Origin: Octopus sinensis
Lineage: Eukaryota
Direction: 5' to 3'
NCBI RefSeq assembly: GCF_006345805.1
Contig: NC_042998.1
Span: forward strand, 30,442,001 to 30,506,000
Length of the DNA stretch: 64,000 nt
Shown: piece after piece, positions 36,206-47,761 of the stretch
Layout: every line of letters starts with the position of its first letter
Position numbering within the stretch: the first letter of the stretch is position 1
Notes under the pieces: model-generated
Told to the model about the DNA's origin: nothing
The model's database searches: none
What the model saw: only the letters and a program-made list of their open reading frames with translations
Made by a program: the position numbers and the translations under genes

Positions 36206-37384
36206 GGAATAAACAATCAGGGATTGCAAACTCTTCTCCTCTTTCTTCTTCTGAACCGAATTTTCATTGCCGTTAATGATTTTTGTCATTATGGATACAA
36301 TGTCGATAAATCAAATATTATCATTAGTTCACTGTATTGCATGAAGATACATTGAGAGATAATGTATGTTTTAGACATACCTATATTGGATAGACATACA
36401 CTGAGAGATAGTATATATTTTATAATATATTTGAAACTACTGGATCACCCCTCTCTTAACTAAATTTGTTTTATTCATATTACATGGATAATTGAACGAT
36501 TTCACATTTCTCTCTATTCGATTCCCTATGTCTAATACCAAATATTAACTTGACGAAGGGATAAGATAGTATTTCTTTTCTTTGTTATTAGCAAGGCTGC
36601 GACGCATATTAATTAACGGTAAAAATATTAATTTTCATTATAACAACGGTCATTAATAAAAATTCATATTCAATGAGGTGTATATAAGCATTCCAAGGAT
36701 TTCCAAGAAATACGATTAATGAACCCTTACTCAACAAAAATTTACCAAAGAAAATACAACGAAATTACAATATGAGAATTACTCGGGCAAACATCATATA
36801 CAGGTGTGCTTCTACATTTTTATAAATATTATATTATCGCAAATGTTATTACGTGACTTTCGATACAGTTACAAGTGTTAAAGCATCTACAGCAAAATGT
36901 ACTTTTGACAATAAAACATAATTCAATATTGGCTAATTTATCAAACTTCGGATGTAACACCAATATGTAAACAATTTTCTTGGAAGCTATATTGATTTAT
37001 CTTATAAAACTTGATACATCTTCAGGCACCTAGAGTCATATATATATACGTATAGAAAGTATATTTTCAAGCAATTTGAGAAGACCGTCTGTCAGTTTCG
37101 AACAGCCTATTCACTGACTGAGTATTCCGCATACATTTGTATCCTGAAGGTAAACACGGGGCAGTAACAGAGTGATCGAGTGCGTGTGATGGTTGGTACT
37201 TTGATTTAATGGAACAGTGTGACACTTCTATGCCAATAGAGGCTGTAGTTGTAGAAGACTCTCAAGGGTGGTGAACAACGGAAAGTCTTCAGAGAAGAAA
37301 CATCCCTCGGGCAAACGTTTCTGCCCTTGACTTTTACACTCTAAAGTAAGGGTTCTCAGCGAATGTTTACCCATAGACCCCTTT

Positions 37385-38200
37385 GATTACTATTATATTC
37401 TTGAATATTGCTGTATATTTATTATTCAAGTTGAAGTGCTTATCTATGAGTCTCATTATGGAGCTCACTATGTTAGGTTTGCGCTGCATAACGAAGGGAA
37501 TTATTAGCCAGATCGTATCCCTATTTCGTTTATTATTAATATTGTTATTTTTGGTGTAGAAACTGCCCTCAGTAGTCGTTTTAGCGCGTGTAAAGTTGTA
37601 GCTATGGTTATTCTATTTCTTTCTATAGTTGTGTTTATCTTTTATTATTGTTCGTGTCAGTTTTATTGGAGTTATTTCTATACGGTATATGTAAACTAAA
37701 TGGCTTGGTGTTATCGTTCTTTACTGGGGTTATATTGGTTCTTGGGGATTCGTTATCTTTATTCTTATTCAATTTATCTGTACTAGTGTTGTGTTGGTGG
37801 GGGCTACTGTCCCTCGGGTCGTTGTCCGTGTTGCTTGAAGGCGCGTTATTAGGGGTGAGATTTATTCTATTTCCCGGTTGTCTGTTGTTTTATGTTGCTA
37901 ATTTTCCTAGTTTCGTAGAAGGTGACTAGCTTATTATTATTTATCGGGGCTATGACGGTATCTAAGTTACTAGTCAAGCTATGGCCAAATCTAATTTTAT
38001 TCTTGAATTTTGCTGTATATTTATTATTTAAGTTGAAGTGCTTATCTATGAGTCTCGTTATGGAGCCAACTATGTTAGATTTGAGCTCTATGGCGAAGGG
38101 GATAATTAGCCAGATCGTATCCCTATTTCGTTTATTATTAATATTGTTATTTTTGGTGTAGAAACTGCCCACAGTATTCGCGTAGCGTGCAAAGTCGTAG
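37385..38200 (-). mobile_element. Penelope-like RT-endonuclease linker remnant, present twice
   Basis: RDTIWLIIPFAIELKSNIVGSITRLIDKHFNLNNKYTAKFKNKIRFGHSLTSNL resembles the PLE linker pattern IIWFNPP..LIDKHF..SYS; 37397-37568 duplicates 37999-38170. Confidence 0.6.
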
Positions 38201-38413
38201 TTATGGCTATTGTAATTCTTTCTGATGTTTACCATTGGCAACGAGGCAAAACTATATATATTTTCCTCACCATGGTACACAGAAACGATCGTAAACTCAC
38301 TCTCACTATCACATTTCTTAACGAATTAAATAATGACGTCCTAGCGCAAAAGACACACTTCTTATTGTTATTCTTCCTCCATTTTCTTATCCCCCCTCTC
38401 TCTTTCTCTCTCA

Positions 38414-38485
<72 letters not shown>

Positions 38486-39350
38486 TTTACATTTGTTTGT
38501 AGGTTTCAGTAAGCGGTTAGATGCAGTTTATTTCCATAATTGTAAAACAGATGTTTTGTAATGAATTGAATTAATGCTAGTTTAAGCTTTAACATCTGTG
38601 CAGTACTGGACCATAACTTCATTCCCTCTTATCATCATCTGTATCATCTTTACCAACGTCTTCTTAGCTTTAATCAAGCGTACACGTATAATTAACCTCA
38701 TCATCCTCAATGGTTACTTGTGTGTTAATAAAATATTCATTAGAAAAATCGATAATATTTTCACTTGACCTTTATTTATATTCACATAATTTTATTTTAA
38801 CCCAAGGCAAATTTAAAATCAAAAGGTTTGATTTCTGCATAAAATTGCAGAAATCAGTAGAACTACATTAATATTCGTAATATCTCTTTCATTTAATCTT
38901 AAACAGCCAAATTAAATGTTATCAGTATTTGCTTTGTTTTTTGATTTCTTTTCAAAACACTGTATAGAGATGGCGAGAAAACAAAACGCAGTTTCGAGTG
39001 TTAGGTTTGACGTTAATGGCCTAAGCACACAATGCACTCCAAATTGTAGCGATGGAAAAACCAAGTTATTTTTTTACAATAACAGATTGCTTTTAATTTT
39101 TCATGTTGCTTATTCCTGGTCAGTCCATATTGAAAAGACAAACTATCTCTTTCTTCATTCATGCATTGGAGTCCAACCATGATAAGGTAACAAATCGACC
39201 AAAGTACTTATTTTTTAAACGTGTTATTTATCATATCGGTGTCTTTTTAACTAAACACTAAGTTACAGAGTGTTCAATTAGAGCACCATTGGTCTTTGTA
39301 TTCGTTGTGATAAATTATTTCATACCATAAATAATATTTGCGCGAACGAA

Positions 39351-39960
39351 GGCGGTGAGCTGGCAGAATCGTTAGCACGCCGGGCGAAATGCTAAGCGGT
39401 ATTTCGCCTATCTTTACGTTCTGAGTTCAAATTACGCCGAGGTCGACTTTGCCTTTCATTCTTTCGTGGTCGATAAATTAAGTACCAGTTACGCACTGGG
39501 GTCGATATAATCGACTTAATCCGTTTGTCTGTCCTTGTTTGTCCTCTCTGTGTTTAGCCCCTTGTGGTTAGTAAAGAAATAGATATTTCGCCCGTCTTTA
39601 CGTTCTGAGTTCAAATTCCGCTGAGGTCGACTTTGCCTTTCATCCTTTAGGGGTTGATTAAATAAGTACCAGTTACACACTTGGGTTGATATAATCGACT
39701 TTATCCGTTTGTCAGTCCTTGTTTGTCTCCTTTGTGTGTAGCCTCTTGAGGGCAGTAAAGAAATAAGAAACGTTAGCACGCCTGGCGAAATGCTTAGTCG
39801 CACTTCGTACGCCGTTACGTTCTTAGTTCAAAATCTGCTGAGGTCAGTTTTGCCGTGCACTCATTCGGGGTCGACAAAACAGGTACCAACTGATCACTAG
39901 GGTCGATGTGACAGACTTATCTCAATTCTCGAAATAACGGACCTTGTATCAAAATTTGAA
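39351..39960 (+). mobile_element. SINE family B array of three successive head/body modules
   Basis: ttacgttctgagttcaaatt(a/c)cgccgaggtcgactttgcc repeated at ~39416, ~39598 and (diverged) ~39815. Confidence 0.9.
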
Positions 39961-40229
39961 ATCAATATTTACGCAAAAGTTAGTAATGAGTGTAACTGTA
40001 TGCCTTTCAATACATTACTTTGGCAATGATATCCCCACCACAATGCTCGTGTCCCTATCCAATATTCTTGAACTGTGGCCAGTGTAAACTTGCCATTCAT
40101 GAATAATTTCACCACAGTGAAGTGTCTCCAAAGTAAAATGTAAAGTGGATCAATACTTTGTGTTTACTTGACGGACATATAGCGGTACGTAAGCCAACTC
40201 AATAATCTCTAGTGAGACTTTTTATTGAT

Positions 40230-40266
40230 GCACCTGAAGAGACCCAGAATGGGTCGAAACTTGTGC
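40230..40266 (+). ncRNA. Minimal hammerhead-like fold
   Basis: GCAC-CUGAAGA-GACCC-agaau-GGGUC-GAAAC-UU-GUGC; perfect stems I and II, one base short at stem III. Confidence 0.6.
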
Positions 40267-40464
40267 TGTACCTAATAGAGTCTATTAAACATTCCATCTC
40301 CTATTTTATTAGTACTATTACCCCAACCGCAACACCGAAGTTCCTGAAATAAATCTACGGATAACAACATGTAATCGAAACTGTGCTGGTGCTTTATTCA
40401 TCATCTATTTATACATTTTGTACAATTTCTCCATTATATATATATATATGTGTGTATATGTATA

Positions 40465-40876
40465 GGCGCAGGAGTGGCTGTGTGGTAAGGAGCTACTTTA
40501 CCAACCACATGGTTCCGGGTTCAGTCCCACTGCGTGACACCTTGGGCAAGTGTCTTCTACTATAGCCTCGGGCCGACCAAAGCCTTGTGAGTGGATTTGG
40601 TAGACGGAAACTGAAAGAAGCCCGTCGTATATATATATATATATATATATATATGCGTGTGTGTGTTTGCGTGTCTGTGTTTTCCCTCTAGCATTGCTTG
40701 ACAACCGATGCTGGTGTGTTTATGTCTCCGTTACTTAGCTGTTCGGCAAAAGAGACCGATAGAATGAGTACTGGGCTTACAAAAGAATAAGTCCCGGGGT
40801 AGAATTGCTCGATTAAAGGCGGTGCTCCAGCATGGCCGCAGTCAAATGACTGAAACAAGTAAAAGAGTAAAAGAGT
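40465..40876 (+). mobile_element. SINE family A, full length
   Basis: Best-preserved family A copy. Confidence 0.95.
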
Positions 40877-40883
40877 ATATATA

Positions 40884-41165
40884 TCTCTATATATAAAACT
40901 GAAATGCGTTTGTTTGTTTGACTCGACCGCTTGGATCGCTTTCAAGGCCACTACATCCCGTCGGATTGACTCCAAAATTTACAGGGACATGTAAAATGAG
41001 GTGACGATGCCCGTGGGCTACGTTAGAAATCCCTATCTTAAAAGGTATCGTTGCTAGGGCCAAAAACCCACTTTGACAAGTCCACTCTCAGTCTTTTATG
41101 TATCTGTCTTCCTCACTCACTCTATTTCCTCCCTTCCTACCAATTTCTATATATAACGTCGATTT
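40884..41165 (+). mobile_element. Helitron 5' fragment
   Basis: Starts A|TCTCTATATATAAAACTG and matches 47312 onwards. Confidence 0.75.
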
Positions 41166-41852
41166 TCGTAATCGTGAATTAAATTGATTTTTTAAAAATA
41201 TAGTACATTGATTGTCAAGCGATGGTAGGAGGGGCAAACACAGGCACAAACACAGAAATACATACATACATACATACATACATACATACATACATACATA
41301 CATACATACATACATACATACATACATAAAAAAGAGTTACCAACGAAATTTCGTTCCAACAACCTGCCAAACAACCATGCACAACAAATCCGCACCACAC
41401 GCAATAATTACCAACGACAGCCCTCTAAAACGACACACCCGAATATGGAATATCGGGACACATTTTTCAATACTGTTTCAAGAACACACACCATAAATCA
41501 CAATAGGGCACCCGCGCAAAACAAGGAACAACTACATAATAGCTACCGCCCCCATCACCGCAATCATTTGTAAGCGGGTGTATGTATATGTGTATATATA
41601 TATATATGTGTGTGTGTATATATATGCACACCCACACACACAAATATATATATATATATATATAATATATATATATATAATATATATATATATATATGCA
41701 TATACACATACATATATATATATATTCATATATATGTGCGTATAAATATATACGTGTGTATGTGCATATATATATATATACATATATATGTCTGTATGCA
41801 TGTGTGTCTGTGTCTGTGTGTGTGTGAGTGCGTATGTGTGTGTGTGTGAGTA

Positions 41853-41896
<44 letters not shown>

Positions 41897-42629
41897 TATG
41901 TGTGTGTGCCTTTGTGTTACAGTTTCTCCCAGTCACCGCTTGTCAGCAGTTTTTGCTTTGTTTAACATAGCGGTTCGCAAAAAGCAGTTGACATAATTAA
42001 GTACATAGTTTGTTTTTTTTTTTAAAAAAATGGATAGGGTCGATTTGTTCGACTATTCAATTTAAGGCGGTATTCCAGCATGGCTGCTGTTTAATGACTA
42101 GAACAGTTTTAGAAAATAAGCATATATGTATATACATATAAAAGTCCTTACACACACGTATATAAATTTATTATATACATAAGTGTATATATATATGCCT
42201 TATTGTCTCTAGTTGCTCGGGTATGTAATTATATGTATAAACAGAAACGCATGTATGCGGAAAGTCTCGACGGAACGTTTATTAGAAAGCGCAAAATAGG
42301 ATTTGAAATCAAAAAACTTAGCTCTACTTTTCATTATTACACAGACAGTGCTTGTTCATCTGTTCCAGCGGAATTAGTTATTATGAATAAATATAATTAC
42401 TTATATTTAACGTATGTGTGTGTATATAATAATGTGTGTGTGTGTTTGGTTAAATAGCAACTGCGTTGCTGTTTAAGCAAGTTTCCAGAATAATAGTTTT
42501 AAGTAATACTTTTAATTAATACAATTAATTAATGTTTTAAAAAACAATGATTGTGTTTTGACTTCAGTAATTAATCGATTCCAGTGAATCAGCAGAGATG
42601 GGTGTGTATATGTATGTATTATGTACGTA

Positions 42630-42677
<48 letters not shown>

Positions 42678-42704
42678 TATAATTATATATATGTTTTGTT
42701 TTGT

Positions 42705-42994
42705 TCCTTCTCGAGCGACGCCTGGCTCATAGGGCCGGTTCCCGGTTTCTTTGGCGTATTGGTTCCCCACCTGGACGGAACGCCGGTCCGTCGCAGGTGT
42801 GCTGCAAGATGCAGGACGAAAGAGTGAGAGAAAATTGTGACGAAAGGGTCAGCAGAGGTTCACCGTTACCTTCTGCCGGAGCCGCGTGGAGCTTAGGTGT
42901 TTCGCTTACAAACACACACATCGCCCGGTCTGAGATTCGAACCCGCGATACGTCTACCGCGAGTCCGCTGCTCCAACCGCTAGACCATGTGCCT

Positions 42995-42997
<3 letters not shown>
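42705..42997 (-). mobile_element. SINE head C + tail Y
   Basis: Reverse complement similar to 35910-36205. Confidence 0.9.
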
Positions 42998-43089
<92 letters not shown>

Positions 43090-43107
43090 CATATATATAT
43101 ATATTTC

Positions 43108-43298
43108 TTTACTACCCACAAGGGGCTAAACGTAGAGGGGACAAACAAGGACAGACAAAGGGGTTGAGTCGATTACATCGAGCCAGTGCGTAACTGGTAC
43201 TTTATTTATCAGTTACGCACTGGGTCGATGTAATCGACTCAACCCCTTTGTCTGTCCTTGTTTGTCCCCTCTACGTTTAGCCCCTTGTGGGTAGTAAA
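43108..43298. repeat. Palindrome built from a SINE family B internal segment
   Basis: 89-bp arms with one mismatch seen, 13-nt loop. Confidence 0.92.
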
Positions 43299-43847
43299 TA
43301 AATATATATATATATATACCTACATATACTCGACAGGTAATGAAAAATTCCTGGCTTTACGTAAAAGAAAATACCATTGGATCCTTACTTATGATCTTAT
43401 TGAACATATTCCCCTCTCTGTTACCCACACTTATTCCAATGTTGTAGATCTTCAGTTTTTCTAGGCCTTGTAGAAGAAATAGGAAAGTTGGGCTTCTATT
43501 TATGTATTTTTACACTGTCTTTTGTTATGTTCTATTATTGCCCAAGTGAATTTCCCAAGTCAAAAAATTTCTTGTGCACAGGAATTCATATCCATAATGT
43601 TATGAATTCCTGTGTACAAGAAATGTTTTGACTTGGGATATTCATTAGGCCAATAATAGAACACGCACAGGTTCAATTCCACTTCTTTATTATTAATAAA
43701 TGACATATGCAACCAACGAATCGATCCTTTATTGAACGTGTTGTTTAATCAATCAATTGTCTGTTCGTCAAATTTCCCTCGTCGCCGTCGCCAGCTTTTC
43801 AGTTACTCATATATATATATATACATATATATCTATATATATATATG

Positions 43848-43951
<104 letters not shown>

Positions 43952-44360
43952 AAACATATGTATATATATTTGCATGTAATTAACTTTCTGCTGAATTACC
44001 AGAATCGAATCGATAAATTACAGGCCTGAAAACATATTCATTGATTTTAGAAACATTAATTAAAATATTAATTAAAAGTATTACTGAAAACTTATTTTGG
44101 AACGTTGCTTAAATAATTACGCAGTTTCATTATTTCGATTGTAAGGAGTTTATGATGCTTATAATATTACTAGCATACCAATGGTCTCAAAAATGCCGAC
44201 ATTTTTACCAGCGGTTGAAAGTGACGCATCAATATGATGGGAGGAGCTATTAATAAATGTCACCAATCGAAAAAGTATGTGTATATACGCAGAATTTAAG
44301 TATTTGAAGAACCAGACACGTCTCGGTTAAGAGACGATACATACATGTATGATATATATA

Positions 44361-44742
44361 GGCGTAGGAGTGGCTGTGTGGTAAGTAGCTTGCTTACGAA
44401 CCACATGCTCATGGGCTTAGTCCTACTGTGTGGCACCTAGGGCAAGTGTCTACTACTATAGCCTCGGGCCGACCAAAGCCTTGTGAGTGGATTTGGTTGA
44501 CGGAAACTGAAAGAAGTCCGTCGTATATGTTTGTGTGTCTGTGTTTGTCCCGCCCCCCAACATCGCTTGACAACCGATGTTGGTGTGTTTATGTTCTCGT
44601 AACCTAGCATTTCGGCAAACAAGACCGATAGAATAAGTACTAGGCTTACAAAGAATAAGTTCTGGGGTCGATTTGCTCGACTAAAGGCACTGCTCCAGCA
44701 TGGCCACAGTTAAATTACTGAAACAAGTATAAAGAGTAAAGA
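44361..44742 (+). mobile_element. SINE family A, full length
   Basis: Family A head and tail. Confidence 0.92.
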
Positions 44743-44759
44743 AAAGAATAAATATGTTT

Positions 44760-45160
44760 CGTCATTAGACTATGGCCATGCTGGGGCATCACCTTGACGA
44801 ATTTTTAGTACTGAAAATGTGGCGACGGCGACAAGGGAAATTCGATCCCAGTACTTATTTTTTGTTAAGCCTGGCAATCTGACAGTTTGATTTGCCGAAC
44901 TGCTAAATTAGGAGGATGTAAACACACCAGCACCGGTTGTTAAGCTGTAGTAGAGGATCAAATGAGATATGAAAATAGATACACACTCACACGAAGAGAT
45001 ATGTATACTTATATACGACAGGATTCTTTCAGTTTCCGTCTACCAAATCCACTCACAAATCTTTCAGCGGCCGATGCTATAGTAGAAGACACTCACCCAC
45101 GGTGTCACGCAGTGGGACTGAACCCGGAACCTTGTGGTTAGGAAGAAAACAGCCAACCAC
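44760..45160 (-). mobile_element. SINE family A relative, more diverged, tail-to-tail with the previous copy
   Basis: ttctttcagtttccgtctaccaaatccactcaca..cagtgggactgaacccggaacc. Confidence 0.8.
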
Positions 45161-45694
45161 ACACGCGTGCACATAACACATACACACACACATACACTCA
45201 CATGCACATGAAAAATCTATTTATCCATATTCGTGGATTTTTTTTTATTGCTACCAATCTTCACCTGCTTCCAAGTATTGTAATATTCCGACATGCCTAG
45301 ACATGATTACCTGGAAAACGTAGAAACAAAGAACAGTTCTTGTATGACAGTGACACGCGTTATTTCAGCACCAACCATATCCAAATAATAAGTACGGCTG
45401 CAAATTATTCTGCACCAAACTCTATGAAATATCAAAATATGAAAATATCAAGGGAATTTACTTAACAGAAAAATCGAGCTTAGGCTTAACTATTCCCTTC
45501 ATTCTAGAAGAGAATTCGCGAACTTTAAACCTGTTATGTAATGTCTACTAGCCACCTTATATATTTCTTTCAAGGTAATATACGTAGTTAGTCGGTTGTC
45601 GTCCACCCTCTATAATTTCTAAATTGGTTGTTTGATAACAGCTACACATTAGTAATATATGGTAATATGTACCGTCAGTTTAAATGGATTGTGT

Positions 45695-45965
45695 AATCAT
45701 CATCATCGTTTAACGTTCGTTTTCCATGCTGGCATAGTTTGGCCTGTTTGACTGGGGTCTGGCAAGCCAGGAGGCCTCATCAGATTCCAATCCGATCTGA
45801 CAATGTTTCTACAGCCTGATGCCCGTCCTAACGTCAACCACTCCGAGAGTGTAGTGGGTGCTTTTTACATGCCACCGGTACGGGAGCAAGTCAGGCGGCA
45901 ATGGCATCGGCCACGTTCTGATGGTGCTTTTTACGTGCTACCGTCACAAGTGCCAGTCGGGGCGG
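45695..45965 (-). mobile_element. Retroposon 3' fragment with (GAT)n tail, RTE-type tail inferred
   Basis: Minus strand ends ...cagcatggaaaacgaacgttaaacgatgatgatgatt. Confidence 0.55.
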
Positions 45966-46929
45966 GGGGGGGGCTTGAAACATAGTGCATGAGCCGACTT
46001 TCGATCTAAATCCCCTACTTTTTCTTATTATATATTAATATATTATGTTATTATATCACATTTATGATTTCTGTTTATGTGCGAGTAAATTTATGTACCT
46101 CTGTGTATAGGTAGAAATAACTATATTAGTTTCTGTTTATACGTACATGTATGTGTGTGTGTGTGTTTGTATGTGTAATTATGTACGTGTAGGTATATAT
46201 ATATATATGTGTGTATTTATGTTCTTGTGTGTATGTGTGTAAGAATATATATATATATATAAAGCTAGTACAGTATTTGTGTGGAAATATGTATTGCAAT
46301 AAAAGTTTGTTAAATGAATTCAAAATGGATGATGATAAATGAATTCAGCCACAAATTACAATAGTCCACGAGGAAACATTTATTACAACTTCAGAATTCA
46401 GAATTTTATGAAGCAATCCGGTAAGACATTTCAATTGTTAAAACATTATAAATATTCTAATGTTCATCAAAATGTAGAACAGAGATTAAAGGAAATCCTG
46501 ACTACACTGAATACATTGTTATAATAATTCTATTTAGAGTTTGGTAGAAATGCTAAGCTTAATTTCAAAGAGTCTGGTTTGAAATCTGTTCAGAGCGCAA
46601 CTTAAAATCAAATCGTTTTCACGTCAAGTTCGCTAGTCGCTCGGTTTCTTTATTATCCACAAGGGCCCAAACATAGAGGGGGACTAACAAGGACAGACAA
46701 GACACCATAGAGGGAATAGTTCCCTGGTCGCTCGTAGCAAAATGTCTTCGCCCAGAACTTCCAATTTTACAACTGACGAACAGACGCCAGGCCAGTCCAT
46801 TACGGTAAAGATGTGGGTGGTCCAAGTAAAACTAAATCGACCCAACCATCACGTGGTGACGCAAAATGAGCAGTGAAAATTAAAAATCTACAATGCGGAC
46901 CGCTAAAGATTACAATCGCTCATGCTGCC

Positions 46930-47022
46930 GCTACACACACACACACATAGACACATGCACACACACACACACATAGAACACATACACACACACACACATA
47001 TATATATATGTATATATATATG

Positions 47023-47053
<31 letters not shown>

Positions 47054-47085
47054 TATATGTTGTGTGTGTGTATATATATATATAC

Positions 47086-47117
<32 letters not shown>

Positions 47118-47212
47118 GTGTATATATATATGTGTATATATATATATGTTTAATATATATATATATTATGTATATATATATGTGTATATATATATATATG
47201 TATATATATATG

Positions 47213-47245
<33 letters not shown>

Positions 47246-47311
47246 GTGTGTATATATATATATGTATATATATGTGTGTATAATATATGTGTGTATATAT
47301 ATGTGTGTATA
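46930..47311. repeat. (CA)n/(TA)n/(TATG)n compound microsatellite
   Basis: Direct reading. Confidence 0.95.
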
Positions 47312-47730
47312 TCTCTATATATAAACTGAATTGCGTTTTTACCGCTTGGATCGCTTTCAATGCCACTACATCCCGTCCGATTCGCTCCAAAATTTACAGG
47401 GACATGTAGAATGAGGTGACGATGCGCGTGGGCTACCTTGGAAATCCCTATCTTAAAAGGTGTGGTTGCTAGGGGCCATCTTCCTACCTCACCCTCTTTC
47501 CTCCAGTACTCTGTCACTCCTCTTCATTTGACAATGCAACTACCGTTATTTGATGTAAAGTCTTCCTCAAATCACTCTGTCGCTATTTACTCTCTTCCAA
47601 GAACATTTTCACTCACTCTTAACTCTTACCTTCCTATACATTTTACTCATGTATCTATCAGCGTTCATGGACAGTAACAAATATTACATCGTCATCCCCA
47701 TCGCCATCGCATTCTATTGTCTACCTGTCA

Positions 47731-47761
<31 letters not shown>

